IMG/VR virus record: IMGVR_UViG_3300046171_000231
Coordinates: 62,001-126,000 of that record
Strand: one strand, 5' to 3'
DNA: 64,000 nucleotides
The notes under the pieces: generated by a model
Databases searched by the model: none
The model's input: only the letters and a program-made list of their open reading frames with translations
What the model was told of the DNA's origin: nothing
Part shown: piece after piece, positions 10,494 to 21,918 of the stretch
Position numbering within the stretch: position 1 is the stretch's first letter
Layout of the letters: each line of letters starts with the position of its first letter
Translations under genes and position numbers: made by a program

Positions 10494-10846
10494 GATGGTT
10501 TAGGGTATTTTGCTTTTACAGGATCGACTATATCGGTCTTCCACTTGTCTATACCGTGGTGATAGATATAGTCAAGTTGCTCAGCTAATGGAGGATAGAT
10601 ACCTTCTGTAGTAGCAACACCGTCTACCATCTGACCTGTTCTTTGTTCTTTATAAAGTTCTTGATTTTTAATTCTTGTTACTTCTGCTAATACCTGTTCT
10701 TTTGTTGGAATTTTACTTTCGTCAGATAAGTTACCATCACCAATTAACCATTTAACATTTTCATATTCATCATCCCCCTCCACATAAAAGAAAAGTCCAC
10801 CACAAAGGTTTTCACATGCTTGTAAAAAAGTGCTTGTTCCGTTCAT
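10490..10846 (-). CDS. tail fibre chaperone-like protein
   Basis: YPPLAEQLDYIYH...VKAKYPKPS motif, also in 13224..13583. ATGA overlap at 10843-10846. Confidence 0.65.
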   Translation of the reverse strand: MNGTSTFLQACENLCGGLFFYVEGDDEYENVKWLIGDGNLSDESKIPTKEQVLAEVTRIKNQELYKEQRTGQMVDGVATTEGIYPPLAEQLDYIYHHGIDKWKTDIVDPVKAKYPKPS

Positions 10847-11364
10847 AAATTCATCTCCCAAATTGATAAACTTGATCCACCCATACTGTTTTCAATTCTT
10901 TGATCATCACTAGCATTAGGATTTAATATATTAAAAGGTCTGTCACTATTTCCGTTTGCAGTTCTATGACCTACTAATACATTTGTACTTCCAGTTCCTG
11001 TTGCATTTGTTACACTGCCAGATATTACCATCATCTTATAATAACTAACATCAGTATATTGATAATGAACAATTGGATAACCACTTCCTACACCACCACT
11101 TGTAACGAGGCTACCATTATATGTTCCTCCCACTTTAAGATTCATAGTAATCGCACCAGCATTATTACCCCAACAAGCAATAAATCCTTGAAATACTAGT
11201 GTGGAAGAAGATAATTTTTTATCAAAACTACCAAAATCACAAGTAACAATTTCATTATTACTAGCGGAATTGGTGAGACTCCTTCGAGTAGTATTTTTTA
11301 ATCTTGTATAGTGAACTACATGAGCAGCTCTATGTTGTCCTTCATCACTAAAATAAAGACTCAT
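10843..11364 (-). CDS. fibre tip/adhesin-like protein
   Basis: Beta-rich 173 aa ending SSLSIWEM. Translationally coupled to the upstream fibre (TAATG). Confidence 0.55.
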   Translation of the reverse strand: MSLYFSDEGQHRAAHVVHYTRLKNTTRRSLTNSASNNEIVTCDFGSFDKKLSSSTLVFQGFIACWGNNAGAITMNLKVGGTYNGSLVTSGGVGSGYPIVHYQYTDVSYYKMMVISGSVTNATGTGSTNVLVGHRTANGNSDRPFNILNPNASDDQRIENSMGGSSLSIWEMNL

Positions 11365-13205
11365 TATAAAACCTCCTCCATCTTGATTTTGAATTTTTTA
11401 CCACTTCGATTATTTATCATATACACATCACTTTCACCCTCTTGTATTGTCCAGTCACCCCAAGTATTATCTATACTATTTGTTGAACCTTCATTAGATA
11501 AGTTAAGGTCATTTGTGTATATGTTTCTCCAACGCATTGAAGAAGTACCTAAGTCATAAGTATTATTAGCTACTGGTGCCCAATGCCCATCACTTTGTAA
11601 TTGACATCTAACTGTATTATTAGTGGCAGAATTTTAATTGACTAGCAACTGTATTATTAATGTAAGCATTACTTCCGTCATAATACATTTGTAACTGGTT
11701 TGCTGAACCAGACATAAATCTGGCAGTGTTATCACCAAAGTTAATATTATTCCCTGCTGTTAATAGCTCCATGTTACTTGCACTCCATAACTTAGTGTTT
11801 CAAGCTTTTTACTTCCATTGAAATATAACTCAACGGCCCCGTCACCTATTAATTTTATCCCGTTGTCCGAACCTTGTGGTCGTATGTAAATATCATTTCC
11901 AGAATTGATATACATATCAACACCAGAACCGTTATCTATAACTAGATTTCCAGTATCGTTTTCTAGGTATGAATTAGATCCGTTATGAAATATTCTTAAA
12001 TCTCCACCAGATTTATTACCAATAGTAACACCATTTGAATTACCATCTGGAAAAGAAGCTTTACCTGTTGATATAAGATTACCTTGAACTTCTAATTGAC
12101 CATTGCTTTTAAGTTTTAACTTATCTACATAACTTCCAGAAATATTACTTTTGAATGTTAAATCATTCTCATCTTGTTCAGATTGTATTTTCCAACCATC
12201 TCCATTATCATCACCTTGGTCGGCAATTAAATTTAATGACGCAGGAGTTGCTTCACCAGCTCTAACAAATAAATTTGAACCATTCCATTGTAGTTCCGAC
12301 TCACCTTGCAATTCGTTAGCTGTTCCAGTTCCAGTAATAATATAATTATTTGTATTGCTGTTTATTGTTGTACTTGTTACTGCTGCAAAGGTTGAGTCAC
12401 CTCTCAAGAATGTAGATGAACTTGCAGTTCCAGATCCTAATCTTGCGGTGGGAACTGTTCCTGATGCTAAATCAGATGCATCAAGGTTTGTTAGATTAGC
12501 ACCACTGATTGCAGGTAAAGCACCTGAAAGTTTTGACGCAGTTAATGTAGATATTCTAGCATCAGCAACTGTACCAGTTAGTTGACCAGCAGGTAAACTC
12601 GTTAGGTTTGCTCCTGAACCAGTAAAAGAAGTTGCGGTAACAACACCTGCATTTCCCAATTTAATATTACTACCAACCTCTGCACCTGAACTAAAAGTAT
12701 GAATACCAGTGTACATTGCACCCGATGCCTGTGCTTGTATCTTTACATTACCACCAGAATCTTTAATGGCAGTTGCATCAATACCAGTTAAGGCAGCACC
12801 ACTACCTACAAAACTTGTTGCTGTTATGACACCAGCATTACCTAATTTTATATTACTTCCTACATCTAAAAAGTCATCAACATCGAGTGCTGGTGCAGTG
12901 ATTATACCAACTGAATCTATATTAGTTACATCTTCATATGTTAATGTACCAGCGATTGAAACATTACCTGAAAAAGTTCCATCAACTGCAGTAACATTTC
13001 CTGAAAAAGATCCACCAGTTGCAGTTATAATACCTGTAGATTTGATATTATGAGCTTCAATTAGATTAGAATGGATTGTTGTTACACCAATATTAAATGA
13101 TGTAGCAGTGGTAGTGATACCAGTAAAATCGGCATTATTACCCACCCAGTTGGTGTCTGTCGCAACACCAGGTCCAGTTATCTTTGTGAGTCTACTTAAT
13201 ACCAT
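11364..13205 (-). CDS. tail fibre protein (three 1-nt insertions between ~11630 and ~11775)
   Basis: After correction ORF 11760..13205 continues into NTYDLGTSSMRWRNIYTNDLNLSNEG...WGDWTIQEGE...INNRSGKKFKIKMEEVL*, a common marine-phage fibre C-terminal domain. Confidence 0.75.
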
Positions 13206-13227
13206 TTATATTTTTTTAGTTATTTAT
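13206..13227 (-). promoter_or_regulatory. late promoter/cassette junction
   Basis: ATAAATAACTAAAAAAA containing the stop codon of 13224..13583. Confidence 0.7.
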
Positions 13228-13583
13228 TGAGGAATGAATGTGTTTATACCAACCACCCAACTAGGAACTACTGTAGTAACAACTCCTACTTGTGATTTTG
13301 GATATTTTGCCTTGATTTCTGCAATCTTATCTTTCCAAGTTGTTGTTCCATTCACTGCATCCCAATACTGCATATCCTGTTGTTCTTCTAAACTTGGATA
13401 CTCTGCAGCACGAGCATCAGAGTAATCAACTGTTGTAACCGTATCAATACCCACCACACAAGTTGTACCGATTCCTACAACATCTGCTTTGAATAGTTGA
13501 TAATCTAAATTACCTTCAGATACTGGTATGAATGCACCATCAGAAAGTCTTTTAATTGTTGTGTCGTCTAAAAATTTATACAT
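13224..13583 (-). CDS. tail fibre chaperone-like protein
   Basis: IKRLSDGAFIP...NLDYQ and RAAEYPSLEEQQDMQYWD...IKAKYPK motifs. Confidence 0.65.
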   Translation of the reverse strand: MYKFLDDTTIKRLSDGAFIPVSEGNLDYQLFKADVVGIGTTCVVGIDTVTTVDYSDARAAEYPSLEEQQDMQYWDAVNGTTTWKDKIAEIKAKYPKSQVGVVTTVVPSWVVGINTFIPQ

Positions 13584-13586
13584 TTT

Positions 13587-15713
13587 TTAAATCTCCGCAG
13601 TTGCTGTGTGTCTCCATTCATAAAATCTTTCAGTTCCACTCATGTAAGCGTTATAGCCTTGTCTACTTGCAGCAGATGCACTAAGCGATCCGGCTCCCTG
13701 AAAATTGGAAAAAGATATAGTTGGTGTATCTCTCATTTCTGTTATAAATCTTACAGGAAATTGTCTACCAGATACATTACCACTATTCCAAGACGCTCTA
13801 GTACTTATATCTTTTTGGAAATAACGTTGGCAACGTGCGAGTTCATCACCATAACTAACGTGTTCATATGGCGTGGCAGATCCTACTTCAAACTGAACGC
13901 CAGTTAGGTTCATGTAGTTATTTGTACTACTCATAAAATTGGGTTGATTGGTTGAGCAGTATTGAACAGAAGATGTGGTGTGCCAAGAATTTAAAGTAGA
14001 TGTACGCCTGTCTGATTGTATTGCTAACGCCCATTGAACTCTAAGACCACCAGCGTTCCAAGTACCAGAAGTATCGCCAGGAACAGTAATTGTTTTCTTT
14101 TCCCAAGTATTAGCAGCACTTATAGTATATTCAGCAACAAAACATCTAGTACCTTGCGTATCGTTAAATAGAGAAGCACTATAAGTTCCTGTTAAGTTAG
14201 ATTTTATCCAAAAAGATAAAGTACAACTTTTTGCATAACTCTCGCCATAATTTAAGTGTTGTATATTTTTATCTTCAATTACATGACTAACAAATGTCAA
14301 TCCATCTATTGATGAGTCTGCTGTTACACATTTTATTCTTAAAGAATATTTATAACCTTCTGGGTAGTTTTGCTGCCATTCCAGTCCAAGAATACCACCA
14401 TTACCATTATAACCTTTAAAACGATCTGTATGATAAGTATGAGTAGAACCACTAAGGTTGTTCATAGATGCTAGAGCAAATCTTTGGCAAACTTGCATAG
14501 CTCCGTTGATTATTAAATTTCTATGTGATAATTGTCCCACTGTTGGAACAAATTCAGTAGCAGTAGCAATACCAGTCACATTCATATTACCACCTGCGTC
14601 GATGCGAACTCTTTCAGTTCCACCGTTTGTTCCATTTGTAGAGAATTTGATATAATTATCACCATGATTATATGCTACTGAACCTGCTTCAGCAGTACTA
14701 TCTTTAAACATTATAACTGATGTTGCAAAATCATTACTTGTTTCTAGTATTAATTCAGAATCAGAATTAGCATTTGCTTCGGCAGCGTGAACTGTTAGTT
14801 GTGCGTCACCAGTTGCTCCACCATTAAAAGTTAAGTTTGCTTCACCAGTAATAGCAGAAGCACTAGTCGTTGTTACAACTCTATTATCTGCACCATTTGT
14901 TAATGTTGGTCCTGCACCTGTTAACCCACTACCATCTCCAACAAAACTTGTTGCAGTTATAATACCAGTTGCATTTATATTTCCTACAGGAGATATTGTA
15001 ACTGCTGCTCCTACAGTAACATTTCCTTCTGCTGATACACGAAGTTTTTCAGTTGAACCATCTTTGTTTAAGAATCTAGTTAATGTGCTTTCAATATCTA
15101 ATGAACCAGAATCGTTTGTATTTCTTAATCTTGATTTAGCACCTGATGATGTATGAATTAATATCATATCAGATGCATCACCAAATACTAAATTTTGATC
15201 ATCGAGAAAATTTTGACCGTGACTTAAATTTCCAAATAAAGTTGATTTTGCAACAGCTTCTAAAGTATTTGCGGTATTAGAACCCATAATAACTTTATTT
15301 GCTGCATTATTGTTTATTGTTGTTCCCGAAATTGTTGACCAAGACGCTGCACTTCCTGAACCACCACTTGTTAATACTTGTCCTGATGTTCCATAGTTTG
15401 CACCACCGATTCCTAACTGTCCACCATTTCCTACTCTAAATTTTTCACTACCACTTATCTGTAGAAGTAAATGAGATGTTGAGTTTACATTACCAGTAAC
15501 ATTTCCAATTAAAGTTGTTGCAGTTATAATACCAGCGTTACCAAGTTGTATTGTACTTCCTACGTCTATATGATTTGCAGTGTGTTTTGTTGTTACATCA
15601 AATTGTGTAGCGGTCATCACACCTACTACATTAAATCCTGATATTGAATCTAATACACCATCAGATGCTAATATCTTATCGTTATTATTCTGTCCACTGA
15701 TGGTTATTGCCAT
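13587..15713 (-). CDS. tail fibre with C-terminal carbohydrate-binding-like domain
   Basis: GANYGTSGQVLTSGGSG repeat, RNLIINGAMQVCQR...TGVQFEVG...ELARCQRYF. Confidence 0.75.
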   Translation of the reverse strand: MAITISGQNNNDKILASDGVLDSISGFNVVGVMTATQFDVTTKHTANHIDVGSTIQLGNAGIITATTLIGNVTGNVNSTSHLLLQISGSEKFRVGNGGQLGIGGANYGTSGQVLTSGGSGSAASWSTISGTTINNNAANKVIMGSNTANTLEAVAKSTLFGNLSHGQNFLDDQNLVFGDASDMILIHTSSGAKSRLRNTNDSGSLDIESTLTRFLNKDGSTEKLRVSAEGNVTVGAAVTISPVGNINATGIITATSFVGDGSGLTGAGPTLTNGADNRVVTTTSASAITGEANLTFNGGATGDAQLTVHAAEANANSDSELILETSNDFATSVIMFKDSTAEAGSVAYNHGDNYIKFSTNGTNGGTERVRIDAGGNMNVTGIATATEFVPTVGQLSHRNLIINGAMQVCQRFALASMNNLSGSTHTYHTDRFKGYNGNGGILGLEWQQNYPEGYKYSLRIKCVTADSSIDGLTFVSHVIEDKNIQHLNYGESYAKSCTLSFWIKSNLTGTYSASLFNDTQGTRCFVAEYTISAANTWEKKTITVPGDTSGTWNAGGLRVQWALAIQSDRRTSTLNSWHTTSSVQYCSTNQPNFMSSTNNYMNLTGVQFEVGSATPYEHVSYGDELARCQRYFQKDISTRASWNSGNVSGRQFPVRFITEMRDTPTISFSNFQGAGSLSASAASRQGYNAYMSGTERFYEWRHTATAEI

Positions 15714-15738
15714 TTACACAATTTTTTAGTTATTTATA
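15714..15738 (-). promoter_or_regulatory. late promoter/cassette junction
   Basis: TATAAATAACTAAAAAA containing the stop codon of 15734..16228. Confidence 0.75.
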
Positions 15739-16228
15739 TTTTAATTCCACCAAAATTTCCAATACCTCTATCATATAAAAAGATAACAGTATATCTTGGT
15801 TTGACCACTGGTTCGACCCAATGTAATAAATCAGTCGGATATTCTTTAGCCCAACCTGCTACATTCTTAGAGAATCCACCTTCATAACTTAAACCCTCTT
15901 CAGAATCTTCAAGATGTAATGTAGTAAAGTATGCAGGTCCGTGGTCATCACAATGTTTTGGAATCCAGTCACCTACATCATACTTATTAATTACTATTTT
16001 TGATAAAGGTAATGGTTTCTTCGGAGAAATCTTTACTAAATCAACAAGTAAATCTTTTGGTAATGATGTATCACCTACACATTGATAAGATCCAATCTCG
16101 TGATTCTCTACTCCTCGAATAGGTCTGAATGTTGAACGATCAAGATAGTAAGCATCATCTAATAAATCTAATCTATCTCTTAATGAATGTGCTTCTTCTA
16201 CTTCAATTAGTTTATATTCATGCACCAT
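15734..16228 (-). CDS. 2OG-Fe(II) oxygenase
   Basis: INKYDVGDWIPKHCD (HxD)...LLHWVEPV...RYTVIF. Confidence 0.75.
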   Translation of the reverse strand: MVHEYKLIEVEEAHSLRDRLDLLDDAYYLDRSTFRPIRGVENHEIGSYQCVGDTSLPKDLLVDLVKISPKKPLPLSKIVINKYDVGDWIPKHCDDHGPAYFTTLHLEDSEEGLSYEGGFSKNVAGWAKEYPTDLLHWVEPVVKPRYTVIFLYDRGIGNFGGIKI

Positions 16229-16736
16229 AAGTTGCTAACTTCCAAGTCGGAACCATATTAACATTCCATAAATTATCCTGAGTGCTAGTCTCTGTTTCAT
16301 AAGTATATGTTCCATCAAACAATAAAGCATCTCCTTTATCTACATTATATTTTGTACCATTTAATATTAGATGATTGCCATCATTCAATGAAATTGAAAG
16401 AAAAGATCCAATCGCCCTGACTGGTTCATTCAAACCAATCTTTGCTGGATCACTTGGTGTGGTTGGATATAAGATACCAGTGTTTGCAGGTATTTTCATA
16501 AAGGTTGAAACTAGGTATGAACTCAAAACTTCACTTGTGATATAAGTTTTCCAAGCTGTCTTAAGTGATTCGGGATATGAATAATATCTTAAAATTTTAT
16601 ATGAAGAAACTTGATTACCACCTGCATCACTATTACGATATTCCTTTCCAGCAGCATCTGGTAGTGTTGGTAATGCTGCCACCATAGCGTCACAATTATT
16701 TGTAGTAAGATAACCTGTGCGTTTAATTATTGTCAT
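16218..16736 (-). CDS. degenerate double-stranded beta-helix (oxygenase-like) protein
   Basis: FMKIPANTGILY...SISLNDG...YNVDKGDALLFDG. Metal-binding His residues are not evident. Confidence 0.4.
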   Translation of the reverse strand: MTIIKRTGYLTTNNCDAMVAALPTLPDAAGKEYRNSDAGGNQVSSYKILRYYSYPESLKTAWKTYITSEVLSSYLVSTFMKIPANTGILYPTTPSDPAKIGLNEPVRAIGSFLSISLNDGNHLILNGTKYNVDKGDALLFDGTYTYETETSTQDNLWNVNMVPTWKLATYGA

Positions 16737-16737
16737 T

Positions 16738-17319
16738 TTACCTATCTGAAATCATATTAATACCAGAAAGATCATTTTCTGATTTAATCTCTTCGGAGAC
16801 TCCACCTGCCATTTTAGCATTTACATCATTTCTTACTGTGGTTTTATCTTTATATGTCCAGTTTGGATCATTTTGATAAGAATCTTTATACTTACCATTC
16901 AAATCTCTTACTTCATCAATATATTCTTTCATCGCATTGAAACTTGCTTTTTGATCGTCAGTTAAAGATGAAGCATCTAATAATAATTTCATCATATCAA
17001 TAACGTGATTCAACTGATGATGATAATTATATTTCTTACGAATATGAATTCCTGCAGTGGTATCAAGATCAAGTTCAGATGCTATTCTTGGTCTAGTTGC
17101 TTTGTTTTGCACTGAACCTGAATCAAAATCACCAACATATTCATGTGTTTCAGGATTAAATGTCTCTAACTTACCTTTACAATACTTGGTATTCACTTTA
17201 TCAAGATGTGAACCAATCATTTTTGCCACAAGAGCACCTGACAACTTATTAAAAATAAGTGTCTGAGGTTGTTCTATATTTTCCTCTTTAAGTAAATCGT
17301 CGAATTGTTGTGGATACAT
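16738..17319 (-). CDS. hypothetical protein, possibly a fibre chaperone
   Basis: 193-aa ORF with GAGGAG RBS, directly downstream of a fibre gene. Confidence 0.5.
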   Translation of the reverse strand: MYPQQFDDLLKEENIEQPQTLIFNKLSGALVAKMIGSHLDKVNTKYCKGKLETFNPETHEYVGDFDSGSVQNKATRPRIASELDLDTTAGIHIRKKYNYHHQLNHVIDMMKLLLDASSLTDDQKASFNAMKEYIDEVRDLNGKYKDSYQNDPNWTYKDKTTVRNDVNAKMAGGVSEEIKSENDLSGINMISDR

Positions 17320-17336
17320 TTTAACTCCTCTTCATA

Positions 17337-19734
17337 CTATGTGGAATCTGCTCCAGCCCAATAAATTGAACCGCTGCTATTTTTAATCCATAAAGTTTTT
17401 CTATCTTCGTTACCAGATGCGGTATTATTGTTTACCCAGTAAGAGTATACACGATTCCATCTAACAACGAACATAGTATTATTAGGGACACTGACTGCAC
17501 TAGTTGCCCAGTTTCTTGCTGTGTCTCTATCACCAGCGTTGCCTTGTCCGTACACATCTATGTATAATACAGTAGCAGTGCTTGGTTTGTTAGTCAAGTT
17601 ATTGTAATCACGATACCAGCTACCATGATTACCGTCCAATAAATCAGAATCAAGTCCACTTCCTGAACCATCATTACCAGAAGTCCAGACTGTGGCTTCA
17701 CTACCATCAGCATGCCATTTTAATCCACTAGTACCACCTCTAAGAATAATGTAATCATTTTGTTGTTGATTAACTATGTAAAAAGCATCATCACTAGCAC
17801 TAAATTGTAAATATGCTCTATCAGTTGTACCTTCTCTAAATCTGATGTAAGGACTAGATGAACCTTGTAATATTATATGTTCGTCTGTACCAGTGTTTAC
17901 AACTAGTTGACCATTCATTGTGTCATTAGTATCTGACCTTACAAAGTTAGCACCATGAATACCATCGACAGTATCAGCATCTAATCCTGTTCCAGATCCA
18001 TCATTACCTGAGTTCCAGATAACATTACCATTAATATAACAGTCACCATTACCACTTCCTTGTACAGATATTCCACCACTTGTTTGTCCTCCACCATATA
18101 TTCTTGTATGTCCACTATTCGCATTTCCGTAACCAATATACATTCCATCATCTGAACCACCAGACTCATTTCGCATCACTCTTGCATTTAAATAGGAATC
18201 GTTTGATGATAAAGTCAAGTTTTGTGCCTGAACCCAACTGAAGTGTTGTACCATCAAAAGTTAAATTAGATTCTGCAGTTGCAGTTCCATCACCATCAGA
18301 TGTTAAGACTCGATTATTTGAATCACCTGCTATTGAATTGATTGCAACTGTAACTGTCTTAAATGTATTATCACCAGCTAAGAATGTACCACTATTCTTT
18401 GTTCCACTATCTCCAAGACGAGCAATCGGTACTGTACCAGATGAAAGGTTTGTTGCATTTAAACTACTTAAACCTGAACCACTTCCTGAAAATACTGATG
18501 CGGATAAAGTATTTGTTGCGTAATTAAATGTGAGTTGAGGATCAGTTTTAGCACTAATCATCGTACCACTTGTTAGGTTGGTAAGTACAACTCTTTCAGT
18601 TCCAGAAGATGCACTACTTAATGAAGCACCTGTGTTTGTAAGATTCGCTCCATCTCCTACAAATGATGTTGCTGTAACAATGCCTTGAAATTCTGCTCCT
18701 GCTTTTGCAACAATATCACCACTATTAAAAATAGTTGCACCTGCACCAATTGGAGTATCAGCACCAAGAACGTTTACACCTGCAATTTCAATACCTACAT
18801 TATGTAAGTTAGATGTTCCTGTTTTAAATTGAAGTGCAGTTGATATACCAGTCGCTTTTGTGTTACCAGTAATATCAAGATGACCAGTTCCAGTAATCGA
18901 CTTATTTAATAAATCTAAGTTACCACCAAGTTGAGGACTTGTATCACTTACAAGCTCTGCAAGAACAGCAACCGTTGCCACACCAGCAGCACCAGTGCTT
19001 GCAATTACACTTAATCCACTTGAACCACTAAAGTCAAGTGAGGATATACTACCAGCAGTACCAACAACAGTGCCATCTGGACCTTTAACTGTAAGACCAC
19101 CAATCGCACCAGTTCCTGCAGCAGTGATTCCAGATAAATTAGAACCATCTCCATAGAATACACCAGCAGTCACAATACCAGTAAAGACTGCTGCTCCTGA
19201 ATTATAAATTGTAGAACCAGAACCTATTGGAGTATCAGCACCAAGAACATTGATACCTGCAATTTCAATACCTATACTATGTAAATTAGAAGTTCCTGTT
19301 TTAACTGTTGTTTCATCTATAACAACTGTTCCAGTTCCAATTGATAAAATACCTGTTACTCTTGCATCACCATTTACAATTAAATCAGTTGTGGCACCAC
19401 CAACAACAACATCTCCAATTGTTGTGACACCTGATATACTTACATTATCTAAATTTGTATGTCCATCTACATCTAAATCTACAAAATCTCCTGTCGCAGC
19501 TGTTACGATACCTACGATTGAAACACCAGCACCGACATGAATATCTTTCTGTGCTGTTATAATACCAACTGAATCTATACTTGTTACGTCTTCATAAGTC
19601 AGTACACCACCGACTGACAAATTACCACTTACATCCGCATCTCCATTAACATCTAATCCAGTTGCGGTGATAATGCCAGTTTGATAATCTTCATTGGGTT
19701 TGATGACACCCTTTGTAATTCGGGTCAATCCCAT
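17337..19734 (-). CDS. long tail fibre protein (1-nt insertion at ~18212)
   Basis: ORFs 18166..19734 and 17337..18257 join as GTKLDLSSNDSYLNARV. WNSGNDGSGTGLDADTVDG repeats. Confidence 0.75.
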
Positions 19735-19735
19735 C

Positions 19736-20062
19736 TTATGTAATCTCCATTATAGTAAGAGTTGCATCTACACTATTATTTGTATCACTATCGACTGTTA
19801 TAGTATCTGCTGTTTCTAATACTACCTTATTTCCTGACATAAATTCAAGAGATGATCCTTGAGGTATTGGAGCATTTTTTAATAATTTAACATCGTCAGT
19901 TGATGGTCTTGTAATTCCAACTCCTACAAGACAACCTGAACCAGAAGTATTTGCAAGTGTGATACCAATTACAACAGTTGTAGTTGCACTCGGAACAACA
20001 TAAACATTTTGAGTTGTAATACCAACGTTCGCTTTTGTTTTTAATTTAAAGGTATTTGCCAT
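19736..20062 (-). CDS. conserved virion structural protein
   Basis: MANTFKLKTK...VYVVPSATTTVVIG...KVVLETAD...IMEIT family, usually next to an ALAIALG protein. Confidence 0.6.
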   Translation of the reverse strand: MANTFKLKTKANVGITTQNVYVVPSATTTVVIGITLANTSGSGCLVGVGITRPSTDDVKLLKNAPIPQGSSLEFMSGNKVVLETADTITVDSDTNNSVDATLTIMEIT

Positions 20063-20069
20063 TTTGTTA

Positions 20070-20297
20070 TTATCCTAGTGCGATTGCAAGTGCTGTAGCA
20101 TCAGCTAGTGTTGCAGCAGGATTACCATTTGTATTTATGGTGCCTGTAATATTAGCATCTCCCTGAACATACAATGCATAATTTCCTTGAGGTGCTGTCG
20201 TATTAATTCCAACAGAGTTTGCAATACCAACCTGTGCAGTTGTATCGTTTACATTTACTAACGAATTAAATTGTGATGCTTCTCTGTTCTTAGCCAT
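20070..20297 (-). CDS. small structural protein
   Basis: VGINTTAP fibre motif, C-terminal DATALAIALG. Confidence 0.6.
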   Translation of the reverse strand: MAKNREASQFNSLVNVNDTTAQVGIANSVGINTTAPQGNYALYVQGDANITGTINTNGNPAATLADATALAIALG

Positions 20298-20317
20298 ATT
20301 TCTTTTTAGTTATTTAT
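20298..20317 (-). promoter_or_regulatory. late promoter/cassette junction
   Basis: ATAAATAACTAAAAAG upstream of ATG 20297. Confidence 0.7.
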
Positions 20318-21898
20318 TAACTTGTACAGTATGCAGTCCAACTAAAACGACCCGTATCAAATCCTGTTCCATATGGAAAGAATCTTATTGTTGTTAAAGC
20401 ATTTCCACCTAAATCAGGAACACCCATTACAAACATATTTCCACTTTGTGTTCGTCTGTTTGCCATTCCATGAAATATCCACATATTAGAAGCTGAAGAT
20501 GATGAAAATGTCATAAAAATTTCACCTGTATCACTACCTGCATTTAAGTTAGTATCAAAAGCATCTATCTGATTTTTACTTCCTTCATAAGCATTACCTG
20601 TTCCACTTTTTGTATAATTATAATTACCACTTGCAAGAATCCCTGCGGAAGTTCCTAATCTGAAAGCAGGAGAACCAGATCCACTTGTAGAAATATTATG
20701 CCCAACAAAATCAACTTTGTAACAGTTCGCAGGAAGAGTAAAATCGTAACTCCCACCTCCTGATAGAGGACCAGCATTTGTTGTTCGATGAACTAATACT
20801 CCATTTGTTGAAGTTGTAACACCAACGTTCATTTCATTACCACCCGCACCTCTTAAATAGATGTTTCCAACCATATTACTATGGAGAGTACATATGTAAT
20901 ATAATTGTGCAGGTGCATCTAGTTCTGGAGTAAAGAACTGAACTCCATTTTGATCACCAGTAACACCAGCGGTATATGCGGAACCACCAGTTGTCAAACG
21001 GAACTGAAATGGGTGTGCTGAACCAGTAGTATTATTAAAACGATATTTCTGCCCTCGAATCAAATATAAATCTGGATCATCTGCAGAAGCTATCTACACC
21101 TCCACCACTAAATCTATATGCTGACGAACCATTTGCAGTCACAGTAAAATTAACGACTGGTGCCTTCATCAGGGTGCTGGTATATTAGTTAAGCTTGCAC
21201 CACTGATTGCTGGTAATGCACCTGAAAGTTTTCGATGCAGTAAGTGTTGAAATTCTTGCGTCAGCAACAGTTCCTGATGCAATATTTGATCCATTAAGAT
21301 TGGTAAGATTAGCACCACTGATTGCTGGCAATGCACCAGATAATTTAGATGCAGTAAGTGTAGATATTCTTGCATCGGCAACTGTGCCAGTAAGTTGACC
21401 AGCGGGTAAACTGGTTAAGTTTGCACCACCTCCACTAAATGAACCTGCGGTAAACAAGTTTGTATTTGGATTGTAAGTTAGTCCTGTATCAGTTTCTGCT
21501 CCTTGAGATCCAGAAGCACCGTCTGAGAATAATGGATATACAGTTTCGTTCGCAGTATTATTTGCAGTTACAGTAATGTTTGTTGCAGTTGTAGCAGTAC
21601 CTGTGATTCCACCTGCAGCTGATATTGCACCTGCAAAGAATGAAGTTCCTCCAGTTACACTTAACCCACTTCTCGCTGTTACAACACCTACTGAATCTAT
21701 ATTAGTTACGTCTTCATATGTTAATGTTCCACCAACAGAAACATTTCCAGTCACAGAAAGAGTTCCACCAATGCTGACGTTTGTACTTATCGCAACATTG
21801 TTGGCATTTAAATTTAAATTGTTAGGACTTGTAATCGTCGGTGTGCCTGAAGCACCAATCAGATTAACCTCCTTTACACCAAAACCCTTCTCTGCCAT
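20317..21898 (-). CDS. tail fibre with cupredoxin-like domain (about four 1-nt insertions between ~21090 and ~21235)
   Basis: ORFs 21185..21898, 21169..21381 and 20317..21063 join through ...IPAPDEG...FTVTANGSSAYRF...DPDLYLIRGQKY. HPF...YYICTLHSNM motif. Confidence 0.7.
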
Positions 21899-21918
21899 AT
21901 GACTTTTTGATTATTTAT
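21899..21918 (-). promoter_or_regulatory. late promoter/cassette junction
   Basis: ATAAATAATCAAAAAG containing the subtilase stop codon. Confidence 0.7.

Noticed and set aside
1591-21918. Invertase shufflon, integron or CRISPR array
   Set aside because: All units are co-oriented, each with its own promoter. No recombinase gene, attC-like palindromes or regularly spaced repeats were seen.
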